DNA of 64,000 bases from a bacterium. GTDB lineage: Bacteria > Zhuqueibacterota > Zhuqueibacteria > Residuimicrobiales > Krinioviventaceae. The position numbers and the translations under genes were made by a program. The notes below the pieces were generated by a model. The model had not been told where the DNA came from. It ran no database searches and saw nothing but the letters and a program-made list of their open reading frames with translations. This document shows positions 10,886 to 21,069 of this stretch, piece by piece. Location of the stretch: NCBI GenBank assembly GCA_963675755.2, contig CAXXMD010000003.1, positions 1,792,001-1,856,000 of the forward strand, read 5' to 3'. Numbering within the stretch: position 1 is the stretch's first letter; every line of letters starts with the position of its first letter.

Positions 10886-10940
10886 GCAAAACTCCTGTTC
10901 TAGTGTAAAAAACAGGAATGGGTTCCGTTACTGCAGGGAA

Positions 10941-12155
10941 TCAGTCCTGTTTACTGATAGTTAATACAGCAAGCTGGGTGATAATTCTGGGTAAAATAGG
11001 CACCATTTCTTTTTGTGCCAGAGTAATGATCTTTTCACCAGTTACTTTGGGTCCATCCATTTCCAGCAGTCGCAGATAGTGGTCCAGTTCGGCCAGGATA
11101 TAGTTGCGTTTTTGATGCGAGAGGATCTCATCTGGTTGTTTTTGCACAACATTCTGGATCTCGCGAATGGCATTGGTACAAATGCTGATATTGTGATTGT
11201 GAATGTCCCGCAGTTTTTCAATTTCACTTTCAAGTAGTTTTTCTTCTCCCGGTTCACGGGTTGCCTGCACAATAAACTGTAACATGTAATCCATACGGGA
11301 TTGAACCAGTTGGGCTTTGATATCGTACCGGTCCCGCAATATTGCCTGGGTTTCCTCTTCCATGGAAAGAGAGGGAATAGTAAGTATTGCACGTGACTGG
11401 CCGCCGCGGCTGTCATAGCTGATCAGCTTGATGCCTAACTCGGGTTTTTCGATTTCCAGTTCAGAGAGAATTACTTCCAGAATTAGTGAATCTACCCAGG
11501 TAATGGGGTGTTCAAACGTAAACTCGATGGTGGGTTTGGACTTGTAGATCTCTTCAAATTCACCGGGATTAAAATTTCCGTTTTTCGGGTAACGGCTCTT
11601 GCGGGCAACGTCTGTAAACATGTAATCACAATATATATTGCTTAGCTTCCAGCCGTAACTGGTACAGCGATAAAAGGTCATGCCGGTTAGATTGGTATTG
11701 TCGAGTATGGTATCATTTAGATTGGTTTCAATAAGAATCGTATTTTCAAGATTGGCGTCTGTAAGGTCAGATGCCATCAGGTTGGCTCTGCCCAGATTGG
11801 CATTTTTAAGGATACAGCCGATCAGGTTGGCATCGCCAATCTCGGCCATGCGCATATCGGCACCCTTTAAATTGGCGCCGCGCAGGTTGACGCCCCACAT
11901 TTCTGCAATCATCAGGCGGGTGTCTTCCATTATACTGTCCCGCAAGTCGGCTTCAATCAAATTGGATTTCAACAGAGCTGTGCTTTTGAGGTTGGCGCCG
12001 CGCAAATCCGCATGGTGCAGGTTAATGCCCCACAATTTGGCGCCTTTGAGTTTGGCTCCGCTCAGATCGGGTTTAACCAGGGGATTGGTTTTCCGCCACT
12101 CGTTCCACTCTTTAACACCTTGACGCAATATTTTAAGATGATCCGGGTTTGCCAT
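10941..12155 (-). CDS. pentapeptide repeat-containing protein
   Basis: 'GVKEWNEWR' N-cap followed by many A(D/N)LxG repeats. The C-terminal half is unassigned. Confidence 0.9.
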   Translation of the reverse strand: MANPDHLKILRQGVKEWNEWRKTNPLVKPDLSGAKLKGAKLWGINLHHADLRGANLKSTALLKSNLIEADLRDSIMEDTRLMIAEMWGVNLRGANLKGADMRMAEIGDANLIGCILKNANLGRANLMASDLTDANLENTILIETNLNDTILDNTNLTGMTFYRCTSYGWKLSNIYCDYMFTDVARKSRYPKNGNFNPGEFEEIYKSKPTIEFTFEHPITWVDSLILEVILSELEIEKPELGIKLISYDSRGGQSRAILTIPSLSMEEETQAILRDRYDIKAQLVQSRMDYMLQFIVQATREPGEEKLLESEIEKLRDIHNHNISICTNAIREIQNVVQKQPDEILSHQKRNYILAELDHYLRLLEMDGPKVTGEKIITLAQKEMVPILPRIITQLAVLTISKQD

Positions 12156-12286
12156 CCGTTCGCTCCGCCTGCCTGATTTCGGTTTTAATGAATTTACTAA
12201 AGATACAACGAAAAAACTTTCCGGTCAATGGATTTTGTTAGGAATTGGGAAAAGGTAGGATATAGCTCGATGGGATAAAAGTCTGC

Positions 12287-13012
12287 TTAATCTACCGGCG
12301 ATGGAATGTAAAATTGGGATTCCATTTGTGTTACAGATCCGAACAGGCCAAATGCATTACCAGTCAAACCGGATTTATAGATTGTTTCTTTGCTGTACAG
12401 ACTAGAATTCTTGTCATAGGCATATAAAATGACATTAAAATCACCCCATTTCAAGGTGGGTATTGTAGTGTCGATAGATATTTTGGTGTCAGAAGTTAAT
12501 TCCGTATCCCAATCAGTATATTCTTCATAGTTCCATTCATATCGGCATTGATAATATTCCGCATGATCCGGAGCGGACCAGTAAAACGTTTTGTTATCGT
12601 ATTGAATGGATGTAGTGTCTGGTGTAAATGTTTCACCCCTAATTGTATCCTTTTCTATGATAACCAAAAGTTCATAAAGTGTATTGGGAGTAACTGTCAA
12701 AGAATCGCTATAATAATTTGTATAGCTGCTTATAGCTGTATCTTTTGGGTTTCGCTCTTTAAAGCGAACATTGTTTACATAAACCTCTGCACCGGAAACA
12801 GCATTATGATAATTATAATCTATAGAATCCCCCTGGACCGGATGGGTTTTAACTATTTGAATTGTCTGACAGTCCGATGAGGTTTTGAAAATGGCTTGTA
12901 TTACGATTTCCTTTTTATTTGTTGTATTGGAGGAAATGCTAAAGTCATTACCGCATGAAAAGAAAGAAAGTAGTGTAATGATGAAAAGACACACGATATA
13001 TTTAAAATTCAT
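12287..13012 (-). CDS. DUF4249-like lipoprotein (TonB-receptor partner)
   Basis: Lipobox FFSC, 'VSGAEVYV' and C-terminal 'GNAFGLFGS'. It overlaps the end of the TonB receptor gene. Confidence 0.75.
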   Translation of the reverse strand: MNFKYIVCLFIITLLSFFSCGNDFSISSNTTNKKEIVIQAIFKTSSDCQTIQIVKTHPVQGDSIDYNYHNAVSGAEVYVNNVRFKERNPKDTAISSYTNYYSDSLTVTPNTLYELLVIIEKDTIRGETFTPDTTSIQYDNKTFYWSAPDHAEYYQCRYEWNYEEYTDWDTELTSDTKISIDTTIPTLKWGDFNVILYAYDKNSSLYSKETIYKSGLTGNAFGLFGSVTQMESQFYIPSPVD

Positions 13013-15179
13013 AATAGACTCCAATTGATGGAACAATGGGCAAAGAGTTTTCATTACCAACATGGATTTTGTTACCCTCATCATCGTAACCATAGCCGGA
13101 ATAATATTTGTCCCAATCATAATATAGATGATTTTGCCGGTTCAGCAGGTTTATGATCTGGAAATAGACAGTATAACTATATTTTGTACGCACCATTTTT
13201 TTACGAATGCTGACATCAAGGCGAGAATACGCCGGCAGGTGTTCGCTATTGGTCTTGCCTTCCAGATAAAACATTTCAGCGTTACGATATTGAATGTCGA
13301 TATTATTATCAAACGGATTTATTTTACCAAAAGCGCCTCTGATGGGTGTGAAAAGAACTCCCGAGCGATAGGTGAATAACAGGTTCAGAAACCAGCCTTT
13401 TTTGATCTGGAGGCCAGTAAAACCGTGAAAGGCATGTTTTGCCTCCCATTGCAGGGGAAAGGTTTCCTGACCAAACGCTGCTTTGGTATCGAGATAGTTA
13501 TAATCCAATTGATAGGTAAAAGCGCCTTCGGATTTGTTGAGAATAATATTGAATCCCGAAATGTTACCGTCACCGTATTCAAACTCGGGAAAGACGTCTG
13601 TGTATCTTGACAAGTTTTCTATTTTGCGTTTATATACTTCAAATTCAAAGGAAATGTTTTGTTTTAAATATCCTTTCAAGCCAATACTGTGATTGTCGCT
13701 TTTTACCGGGGAGTCAGTCAAAAACAAGAGATTGGATACACTTAGCTCTCTGGCTTCTTCTCCATAACCATAATATTGATAATAGCGTCCGGAATTGAGG
13801 GACAACCGCAGCCGCATTGGCAGGTTGAGCGTAATACCGCCTCTGGGCATTTGATAATAATTGTCCAGGTATTTTTCAGAACGTAAACCGGTTTCTATTT
13901 CAATATTGTGATAGAGCGTGAGGATGTGACTTGCGTAAAGCCCCTGTACTTTTAATTGAAAGGAAGCATTAAAACGGTTGGGAATAGACTCGGTTAAAAA
14001 ATCTTCCAGATCAGATGTTGTTGGTTCGTTCCAGAAATAATCAAAATCTACATCTTTTAATTTGTATCCCAATTGTAACCGATTGTGTTTGTAATGGCCA
14101 GAATAGTCGAGCTTGATACTATTTTCATTGCTCTTGTTGTCCAGCGAATTGAAACGGGTTGTGCTGCGGCTGTTTGCGAGTGAAAAATCGATCCGGTTGT
14201 TTGCTTGCTGCCATGTGGAGTTGATACCTGCTGCGGTATTGCCCCAAATCAGTTCTTCGCCTTTGTCACTATCTTCTGCAGCTTTATCGCGGTTCAGGAA
14301 CACAAACGGTGTGATTGTAAACGCGTTTTTTTGATAGCGGTATTTAGTGTTGATATCGTAAAAGGAATAATGTATTGGCGTAACAAGATCAAAATAGGTT
14401 TTTCTGGCGGCAAACAAAAGTGATGAAGATTTGAAAGGCTTGTTGTAAACAATGCTTGAAGAAAGCAGGCTGACATTTACGGTCAGTTTTTCTTTGGGTA
14501 GAGCGGTTTTGATATCAATCACACTGCTGACACGACCGCCATATTTTGCCGGATAATTTCCCAGAAACACCTCGGCACTTTCCAGCGCGTCGATATTGAA
14601 TATGCCGGCAAGACCATAGAGATGATAGGGATTGTAAATTTCCACACCGTCTAAAAGTATAGTGTTCTGGTCAGTACCTCCGCCTTTACTGTGGAACTCG
14701 CCGCGAAAGTCGTTGCTGTTGATTACACCCGGTAAAAAATTAACAGCGTGCAGGATGTCTGGTTCACCCAGGGCGGGGATGTTTTTACTCAGGCGTGGTT
14801 CTATGACAAAGGAGCGGCTTGTACCCATCGATTTATAACGGTCTGTTTCAATCATTACTCCTTTAAACATGATGGGATCAGGAAAAAGTTTGATGCTGCG
14901 ATCCGTATTGTGCTCTGGTTTGATTTGAACAGTTTTTTCTATTAATTTGTATCCCACATATGAATATTTGACCGTATATTGACCCGGCTGTAGTTTGATC
15001 TTGTATTCACCCCGCGCATTGGTACTGGTGCCCAATACGGTGCTCTCTATGATAACATGGGCACCTTCAAGCGGGCGGTCATTTTCATCTGTTAATGTGC
15101 CGTATAAATAGGTCTTGTCTGCTTGCGGAAAAAGAGTGGTAACCGCAAGCAAGAGAAAAAGCGTGATTGTATTTTTCAT
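13002..15179 (-). CDS. TonB-dependent receptor with CarboxypepD_reg-like N-terminal domain
   Basis: GEPDILHAVNFLPGV plug, GGGTDQN..LLDG..IYNPYHL.G, YGGRVSSVIDI, LPAYSRLD, and a C-terminal Phe. Confidence 0.92.
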   Translation of the reverse strand: MKNTITLFLLLAVTTLFPQADKTYLYGTLTDENDRPLEGAHVIIESTVLGTSTNARGEYKIKLQPGQYTVKYSYVGYKLIEKTVQIKPEHNTDRSIKLFPDPIMFKGVMIETDRYKSMGTSRSFVIEPRLSKNIPALGEPDILHAVNFLPGVINSNDFRGEFHSKGGGTDQNTILLDGVEIYNPYHLYGLAGIFNIDALESAEVFLGNYPAKYGGRVSSVIDIKTALPKEKLTVNVSLLSSSIVYNKPFKSSSLLFAARKTYFDLVTPIHYSFYDINTKYRYQKNAFTITPFVFLNRDKAAEDSDKGEELIWGNTAAGINSTWQQANNRIDFSLANSRSTTRFNSLDNKSNENSIKLDYSGHYKHNRLQLGYKLKDVDFDYFWNEPTTSDLEDFLTESIPNRFNASFQLKVQGLYASHILTLYHNIEIETGLRSEKYLDNYYQMPRGGITLNLPMRLRLSLNSGRYYQYYGYGEEARELSVSNLLFLTDSPVKSDNHSIGLKGYLKQNISFEFEVYKRKIENLSRYTDVFPEFEYGDGNISGFNIILNKSEGAFTYQLDYNYLDTKAAFGQETFPLQWEAKHAFHGFTGLQIKKGWFLNLLFTYRSGVLFTPIRGAFGKINPFDNNIDIQYRNAEMFYLEGKTNSEHLPAYSRLDVSIRKKMVRTKYSYTVYFQIINLLNRQNHLYYDWDKYYSGYGYDDEGNKIHVGNENSLPIVPSIGVYYEF

Positions 15180-15180
15180 A

Positions 15181-15990
15181 TCAGAACTCGTAATAAATCC
15201 CCAATGTTATCATGGCACGTGTTGTTTTAATGTCATAATCTTTTGCGGAATGCGTGAACATCTCTGCACCCAGTGTGCCCCAAAGGTCACTGATCAAATG
15301 CCTGTTAAGGGCCAGGTTAGCTGTGATTGCAGAGGATTTGAATTTACGCATGTTTTCATATTCATATGCGGTTGTAAATTTGGTATCCAGTTCGGGGTAA
15401 TAATAAAATTGACCGGTAATCTTGTATTTGTTGTTTATTGGGTAATTGGCTTTGGCACCCAGGCCCAGTCCTTTGCTTTTCATTAAAAAATCGTTTTCCC
15501 GTCGTAGTGGATCGCTGATATATGAAATATTACCCGCTTTTTCTGATCGGTATTTTACATCCAAATGCGAGACAGAGAGAGCAAGTCGGTCAATAATATA
15601 CCAGTCTATTGATATGTGTCTGCAGCGAAATAAACCCTCAATTTTTGTAAAAGTGGTATTGTCATTATAGTACATTTCGGATTTAACAGCCGCACCCATC
15701 AAGTCAAATAATTCATTACCGGTTTCAGAAAAGTTAAATGCTATCTGATAAAGCCTGATTTGAACCCAGGGATTGGCCATATAGATAAACGAAAATTTCT
15801 GATTTGGGTTTACATTGCTTTGGTAAAAAGGATTTTCAGGCCATTGCAGAATGGATTGCTGATCATGTACAAGCTGCCCTTTTTGATTGTTGTACCCAAT
15901 GGTGATCTTGATGTCTTTGAGTATTGGCAGATCTTGTGCGAAGCCAAAAGAGTGAATCAATAGTAATATTAAAATAGATATATTTTTCAT
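15181..15990 (-). CDS. putative outer-membrane beta-barrel protein (tandem paralog 1)
   Basis: Signal peptide, alternating beta-strands and a C-terminal YYEF beta-signal. Near-identical to the adjacent gene. Confidence 0.7.
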   Translation of the reverse strand: MKNISILILLLIHSFGFAQDLPILKDIKITIGYNNQKGQLVHDQQSILQWPENPFYQSNVNPNQKFSFIYMANPWVQIRLYQIAFNFSETGNELFDLMGAAVKSEMYYNDNTTFTKIEGLFRCRHISIDWYIIDRLALSVSHLDVKYRSEKAGNISYISDPLRRENDFLMKSKGLGLGAKANYPINNKYKITGQFYYYPELDTKFTTAYEYENMRKFKSSAITANLALNRHLISDLWGTLGAEMFTHSAKDYDIKTTRAMITLGIYYEF

Positions 15991-15991
15991 A

Positions 15992-16801
15992 TCAGAACTC
16001 GTAATAAATCCCCAATGTTATCATGGCACGGGTTGTTTTAATGTCATAGTCTTTTGCGGAATGCCTGAACATCTCTACACCAAGTGAGCCCCAAAGATCA
16101 CTGATCAACTGCCTGTTAAGGGCAAGGTTTGCTGAGACAGTCGTGGCCTTGAATTTGCGCATGTTTTCATATTCATATGCGGTTGTAAATTTGGTGTCCA
16201 GTTCGGGGTAGTAATAAAATTGACCGGTAATCTTGTATTTATCGTTTATGGGATAATTGGCTTTGGCACCCAGGCCCAAACCTTTGCTTTTCATTAAAAA
16301 ATCATTTTTATGGCGTAAAGGATCACTGTAATAGTAGATATTTCCCCAGTTAACTGATTGGTATCTCAAATCAAGATAAGAGGCTGATAGTGCCAGTTGA
16401 TTAATAACGTACCAGTCTGCAGATATTTGTCTGCAGCGGAAGGAGCCTTCTATTTTGCTAAAAGAAGAGTTGTCTGAATAATACATTTCAGATTTGGATG
16501 GAACGCCTATAACATCAAACAATTGATTACCGGTTTCTGAAAAGTACAAACCAAAATGGTAGAGCTTGATTTGCGCCCAGGGATTGGCCATATAGATAAA
16601 GGAGTATTCTTGCTCAGGATTTATATTGCTTTGGTAAAAAGGGTTTTCCGGCCACTGCAGAATAGATTGCTGATCATGAACAAGCTGTCCTTTTTGGTTG
16701 TTGTACCCAATGGTGATCTTGATGTCTTTGAGTATTGGCAGATCTTGTGCGAAGCCAAAGGAAGAGATAAACAGGATTATTATAATGAGTATATGTTTCA
16801 T
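15992..16801 (-). CDS. putative outer-membrane beta-barrel protein (tandem paralog 2)
   Basis: ATG 16801 follows a GAGGGGG RBS and gives the same 810-bp length as paralog 1. Ends in YYEF. Confidence 0.7.
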   Translation of the reverse strand: MKHILIIIILFISSFGFAQDLPILKDIKITIGYNNQKGQLVHDQQSILQWPENPFYQSNINPEQEYSFIYMANPWAQIKLYHFGLYFSETGNQLFDVIGVPSKSEMYYSDNSSFSKIEGSFRCRQISADWYVINQLALSASYLDLRYQSVNWGNIYYYSDPLRHKNDFLMKSKGLGLGAKANYPINDKYKITGQFYYYPELDTKFTTAYEYENMRKFKATTVSANLALNRQLISDLWGSLGVEMFRHSAKDYDIKTTRAMITLGIYYEF

Positions 16802-17083
16802 TATGTCCCCCTCAAATATATTATTGTATTCGAACCCGTTCCCTGCAATGATTGAGAGAATAAAAAAAAGTGTAACCATTCAAATATATTTCGACGTGCC
16901 TCCCCCAAAGGGATATAATAAATTAGAAAAAATTTTTACTTTATCAAGAAAAATGTTTATTAAAGACCTTGAATACTATGAATAGAGGCTGAGTCACTAC
17001 AAAATTTTACCATTGCATCTGTTCCCGAAAATGGATATATAATAATTATACCTAAAAATTTATATCACATACAAGGATTCAAG

Positions 17084-19384
17084 ATGAAAAATGTTATCTA
17101 TTTCTTGTGGATGGTTGTGATTTTCGCGGGGTGCTCTCAAACAGTAAATAATCAAATTGAAACAGATATTGACTGGCAGTCTTTTCTTGCTGATAAAGAC
17201 CTGCTGTGGGACCGTGCGCCGTTCAAATGGTCGCAGGGGGCCTTTGTGGGTAACGGATTGATTGGGGCCATGGTCTATGCCGACAGCTCTGGCGGATTAA
17301 AATGGGATATGGGACGCAGTGATCTGTTTGACCATCAGGGCAATGATGACGATGGCAATTTGAATACGCGTCTGCCTGTGGGATCTTTTCAACTGGAAGG
17401 TTTGTCGTTTGATGATTTTTCCATGCGACAAGATCTCTATAATGCAGAGGTGACAGGTCAAACGTTATTTAGTGAGGATGAACTGGCGTTCCAATCTTTT
17501 GCGTCGTATCAGCACAATGTAATGGTCATTGATCTGGAAGCAAAGGATTCAGAATTGCCGGGATTGACGTGGCATCCACTGCCTTCGTATCCCATGCGGA
17601 AGAAACTGCGGGACTTTGTGAGTCCCGAATTGACTTTGGCAGATGTAACGAATCCGGATCCCATTCAAAAAACAAAAGGCAATATTCATCTTTCAATACA
17701 GCCCTTGAATGCCGGTGGTGAGGTTGTAGTTGCCTGGGTATACAAGGACCTGACAAAATCCAAACGCTCCTGTTATATTACCATCACCTATTCATTCCCT
17801 GAACGGACTGCCGAGCAGGAGGCTGTTGATATTCTCAAAAAAGCAGTCCAGGCTGATCCGCAAGAGATGGTAAAGGCGCACCGGGACTGGTGGCATGCTT
17901 TTTATACCGAGAGTTTTGTATCCATTCCGGACAAGCAGTTGGAGACGTTTTACTGGATCCAAATGTACAAGCTGGCAAGTACCACACGTTCAGATCGTCC
18001 CGCAATTGACAATTCAGGAATCTGGTATAATAACGGACCCTGGAGCACCTATCACTGGAATATGGAAATCCAGATGAATTACTGGCCGGTCTATACAGCC
18101 AACCGGCTGCATCTTGGCAAGTCGTTGTGCAAACTGTTTGATTCCAATATGGACAATCTGATTGAAAACGTTCCTCAAAAATATCGTTACAATTCGGCAA
18201 CCATTGCGCGGACTACCTCAGCAAACCTCAAAGGCAGTATATACCGTATGACCCATAATCCCGGTGACGCGCCGGAATATGCCAATCTGCTGTGGGCCTG
18301 TCACAATTATTGGCTGCAATACCGATACAGCATGGATGATGGATTGTTGCGTGACGGATTGTATCCTTTGCTAAAACGGGCGGTGAATTTTTATCTGCAT
18401 GTTCTGATCCGTGATGAAAACGGGGAATATCATACACCTCTGGCGACTTCACCGGAAGCTGGATCAGCAAAAGATTGCAACTATGATCTTGCGGCATTGA
18501 GATGGGCTTGCCAGACCTTGATCAAAAGCGCTGAGCGACTGAATATTGACGACCCATTGCTCCCTCAATGGCGGGATGTATTACAAAATTTGACCGACTT
18601 TCCGCAGGATAAAGATGGATATATGATGGGCAAAGGTGTTAAAGCGCCGCAGGGCCACCGGCACTGGTCGCATTTGTTCATGATTTATCCCTATCATGTA
18701 GTGAACCGAAATCAGCCTGAAAACCAGGAGAATATCCGTAAATCGTTGGATTACTGGGATGTGAATCTGGCGCCGGTAGCATTCGGATATTCAGGGGCCG
18801 CGTCTATGTATGCGGCTTTGGGAGATGGCGACAAGGCTTATTTTAAATTACGGGAGATTTTGAACGAATACCCCAATGCGCGAGTGCAGGACCATTACTC
18901 GCGGATTTGTGAAAACACATTCAACCTGTTTGAGGTGAACGAGTATTCGGTATTGGAAGGTACATTGGGTATTGCCAACGCCATGCAGGAAATGCTGCTG
19001 CAAAGCTGGGGTGATGTAATTCGGATCTTTCCGGCAGTACCCAGGGACTGGCAGGATGTTGCATTTCATGATTTCAGGGCAGAGGGTGCGTTTCTGGTCT
19101 CGGCAGTGAAAAAGGATGGTGTGACACAGTTTGTAAGGATCAAAAGCCTGGCGGGCGAACCTTGCAAGATCATCACCGATCTAAAGGAACCGGTTTCTGT
19201 ATTGGGCCAATCAGAAAATATTCTGAGCCAAACCGGTATCGGACAATATCAATTTGACCTGGCAAAGGGGGAAGAAGTTGTGCTCTATCATGGAGAGATT
19301 CCGGATTTGACCATTACACCCGTTGATACAGATGATACATATCCTCATTATTATGGATTAAATAAGGAACAAGAGCTAAAATGA
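17084..19384 (+). CDS. GH95-like glycoside hydrolase (alpha-L-fucosidase-related) lipoprotein
   Basis: Lipobox FAGC, GAFVGNGLIG, YHWNMEIQMNYW, SPE, HRHWSHL and EMLLQSW...IFPAVP..W. Confidence 0.85.
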   Translation: MKNVIYFLWMVVIFAGCSQTVNNQIETDIDWQSFLADKDLLWDRAPFKWSQGAFVGNGLIGAMVYADSSGGLKWDMGRSDLFDHQGNDDDGNLNTRLPVGSFQLEGLSFDDFSMRQDLYNAEVTGQTLFSEDELAFQSFASYQHNVMVIDLEAKDSELPGLTWHPLPSYPMRKKLRDFVSPELTLADVTNPDPIQKTKGNIHLSIQPLNAGGEVVVAWVYKDLTKSKRSCYITITYSFPERTAEQEAVDILKKAVQADPQEMVKAHRDWWHAFYTESFVSIPDKQLETFYWIQMYKLASTTRSDRPAIDNSGIWYNNGPWSTYHWNMEIQMNYWPVYTANRLHLGKSLCKLFDSNMDNLIENVPQKYRYNSATIARTTSANLKGSIYRMTHNPGDAPEYANLLWACHNYWLQYRYSMDDGLLRDGLYPLLKRAVNFYLHVLIRDENGEYHTPLATSPEAGSAKDCNYDLAALRWACQTLIKSAERLNIDDPLLPQWRDVLQNLTDFPQDKDGYMMGKGVKAPQGHRHWSHLFMIYPYHVVNRNQPENQENIRKSLDYWDVNLAPVAFGYSGAASMYAALGDGDKAYFKLREILNEYPNARVQDHYSRICENTFNLFEVNEYSVLEGTLGIANAMQEMLLQSWGDVIRIFPAVPRDWQDVAFHDFRAEGAFLVSAVKKDGVTQFVRIKSLAGEPCKIITDLKEPVSVLGQSENILSQTGIGQYQFDLAKGEEVVLYHGEIPDLTITPVDTDDTYPHYYGLNKEQELK

Positions 19385-20838
19385 AATTGACGACAATCAT
19401 AGCCGTTATGTTATTGCCAGTGACAATCTTTTCTTCTACTCCGGGTTCTTTTTCAGAAATGCTGGATGTGGGCTCTTTACCCCAACTGAAACACTGGCAA
19501 AGCAAGCAGGCCTCGGGATATGACCGGGGGGACGGATTTTATGACAGTGGTAATTTTATACGGGAGGAACCCGGCAAACGATTTGTCATGATGGAAGCAG
19601 ATGGACCGGGATGTATTGACCGCATCTGGATGACCCGCAAAGATCTGGCGGACAAGTTTGATATTCTGGTTTTTATTGATAACAAAGAAACTCCTGCGAT
19701 ATCCATGGATATGGATGAGCTCTGGATGTGTAATAAAGGACCTTTTGTGAAACCGTTTTTAGACTATGCGGACCGGGCCATGTTTTGCTATGTTCCTATC
19801 GGATTCCAAAAGTCGTGCAAAGTATTGCTGCACCCCACAGGTCCGGACAGTTCGTATGTCTATCGTAAAAACAGTGCGGGCGAGCAGATCTATCATGTAT
19901 ATTATCAAATATCCTATCGCGTATTTGATAAAGAAACACAGGTCAAGCCATTTTCATGGCGGATGGATGAAGAGGAAAAAATCGCTCTTGAAAAGTGCAA
20001 CTCATTGTGGAACAATGTCGGCAACTCTCCATACAATGAACAAATCGACCAGGAGCAAGAAGAGATAGAAATCGTATTAAACGGCAGTTCGAAACAGTCG
20101 CTATTCAAGCTAAATCATGCCGGGACGATCCAATCCCTCAAATTGAAGGTATCTGATCCTAAAGCGGCGGGTGATTTATGGCTGCAAATGACCTGGGATG
20201 CTCAGGAGATGCCCGCGGTCAATGTACCCCTTACGGCTTATTTTGGTGCGCAGGACTTGAACAAGGACGCAATAGCGCTGTGGATGGGTATATCTGATGG
20301 TTGGTACTATTCTTATTATCCCATGCCCTTTTTCAGCAATGCAAAAATTTCCATACAATCCAAAACAGATGTTGATGTAACGGTAAACGCCCGGATTTTG
20401 TACAATAAAAAATCTCCGAACCCTGATGCGGGATTGTTTCATGCATCCCGTTTTTATGAGGATGACAACAGTCTGGTAGCCGGTCAGGATTATACCTTGT
20501 TAAACACCCAGGGGCACGGACATATTGTTGCTGTCAATATGGACCATCACGGTGATATGGAAGGGGATGATCATTTTTTTATTAATGGTGAGGATTTTCC
20601 TTCCATCTATGGCACCGGGACCGAAGATTTTTTCAACTTTGCCTGGGGCTTTGGATTCAAAGCCTCTTATCCGTTGCACGGATTGCTGGACCATTTTCAG
20701 AATGATTTTTTATACCGTATTATGATACCCGGCGCAATAGCGTTTAATAAATCGATTCTGATAACTTGTGAGCATGGTTCAGGCAGTGAGGCAGGCGGGA
20801 CCTATTCAGGTGCGGTATTATATTATTTGAAAAAATAA
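19381..20838 (+). CDS. DUF2961 / GH172 family glycoside hydrolase
   Basis: GPGCIDRIW, YYPMPF and EGDD...GTGTEDFFN. The start overlaps the upstream stop codon. Confidence 0.85.
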   Translation: MKLTTIIAVMLLPVTIFSSTPGSFSEMLDVGSLPQLKHWQSKQASGYDRGDGFYDSGNFIREEPGKRFVMMEADGPGCIDRIWMTRKDLADKFDILVFIDNKETPAISMDMDELWMCNKGPFVKPFLDYADRAMFCYVPIGFQKSCKVLLHPTGPDSSYVYRKNSAGEQIYHVYYQISYRVFDKETQVKPFSWRMDEEEKIALEKCNSLWNNVGNSPYNEQIDQEQEEIEIVLNGSSKQSLFKLNHAGTIQSLKLKVSDPKAAGDLWLQMTWDAQEMPAVNVPLTAYFGAQDLNKDAIALWMGISDGWYYSYYPMPFFSNAKISIQSKTDVDVTVNARILYNKKSPNPDAGLFHASRFYEDDNSLVAGQDYTLLNTQGHGHIVAVNMDHHGDMEGDDHFFINGEDFPSIYGTGTEDFFNFAWGFGFKASYPLHGLLDHFQNDFLYRIMIPGAIAFNKSILITCEHGSGSEAGGTYSGAVLYYLKK

Positions 20839-20934
20839 ATTTATCTATAAAGCAGTTTGCCGCATCTTGTTTTATGCCATTTAGGTATATTTTTCAAATT
20901 CGAAATTAAGAGTTAATGGTAAACAGTTTTTTTT

Positions 20935-20999
20935 CTTTGAGAGCTTTGTGCCTCTGTGTGAATCTGTATTTTCTCTCACAAAGGCACAAAGACACAAAG
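20935..20999. repeat. dispersed palindromic repeat ('ctttgtg/cacaaag' family)
   Basis: Imperfect inverted repeat with a homologous copy at 42025..42090. Confidence 0.7.
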
Positions 21000-21069
21000 T
21001 TGATGAACGGGTTACCTCATTTAATAGACTTTTATGTTGAATTCATAGTATTCTAATGATAATAATTTT

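Larger units (their letters stand above)
15171..16801. repeat. 811-bp tandem gene duplication
   Basis: 'atttttcatatcagaactcgtaataaatccccaatgttatcatggcacg' recurs at an offset of 811 bp, and the two proteins are colinear. Confidence 0.9.

Noticed and set aside
15181-16801. Diversity-generating retroelement TR/VR pair
   Set aside because: Both copies are full genes, the differences include non-adenine changes (for example G/C), and no reverse transcriptase is present.
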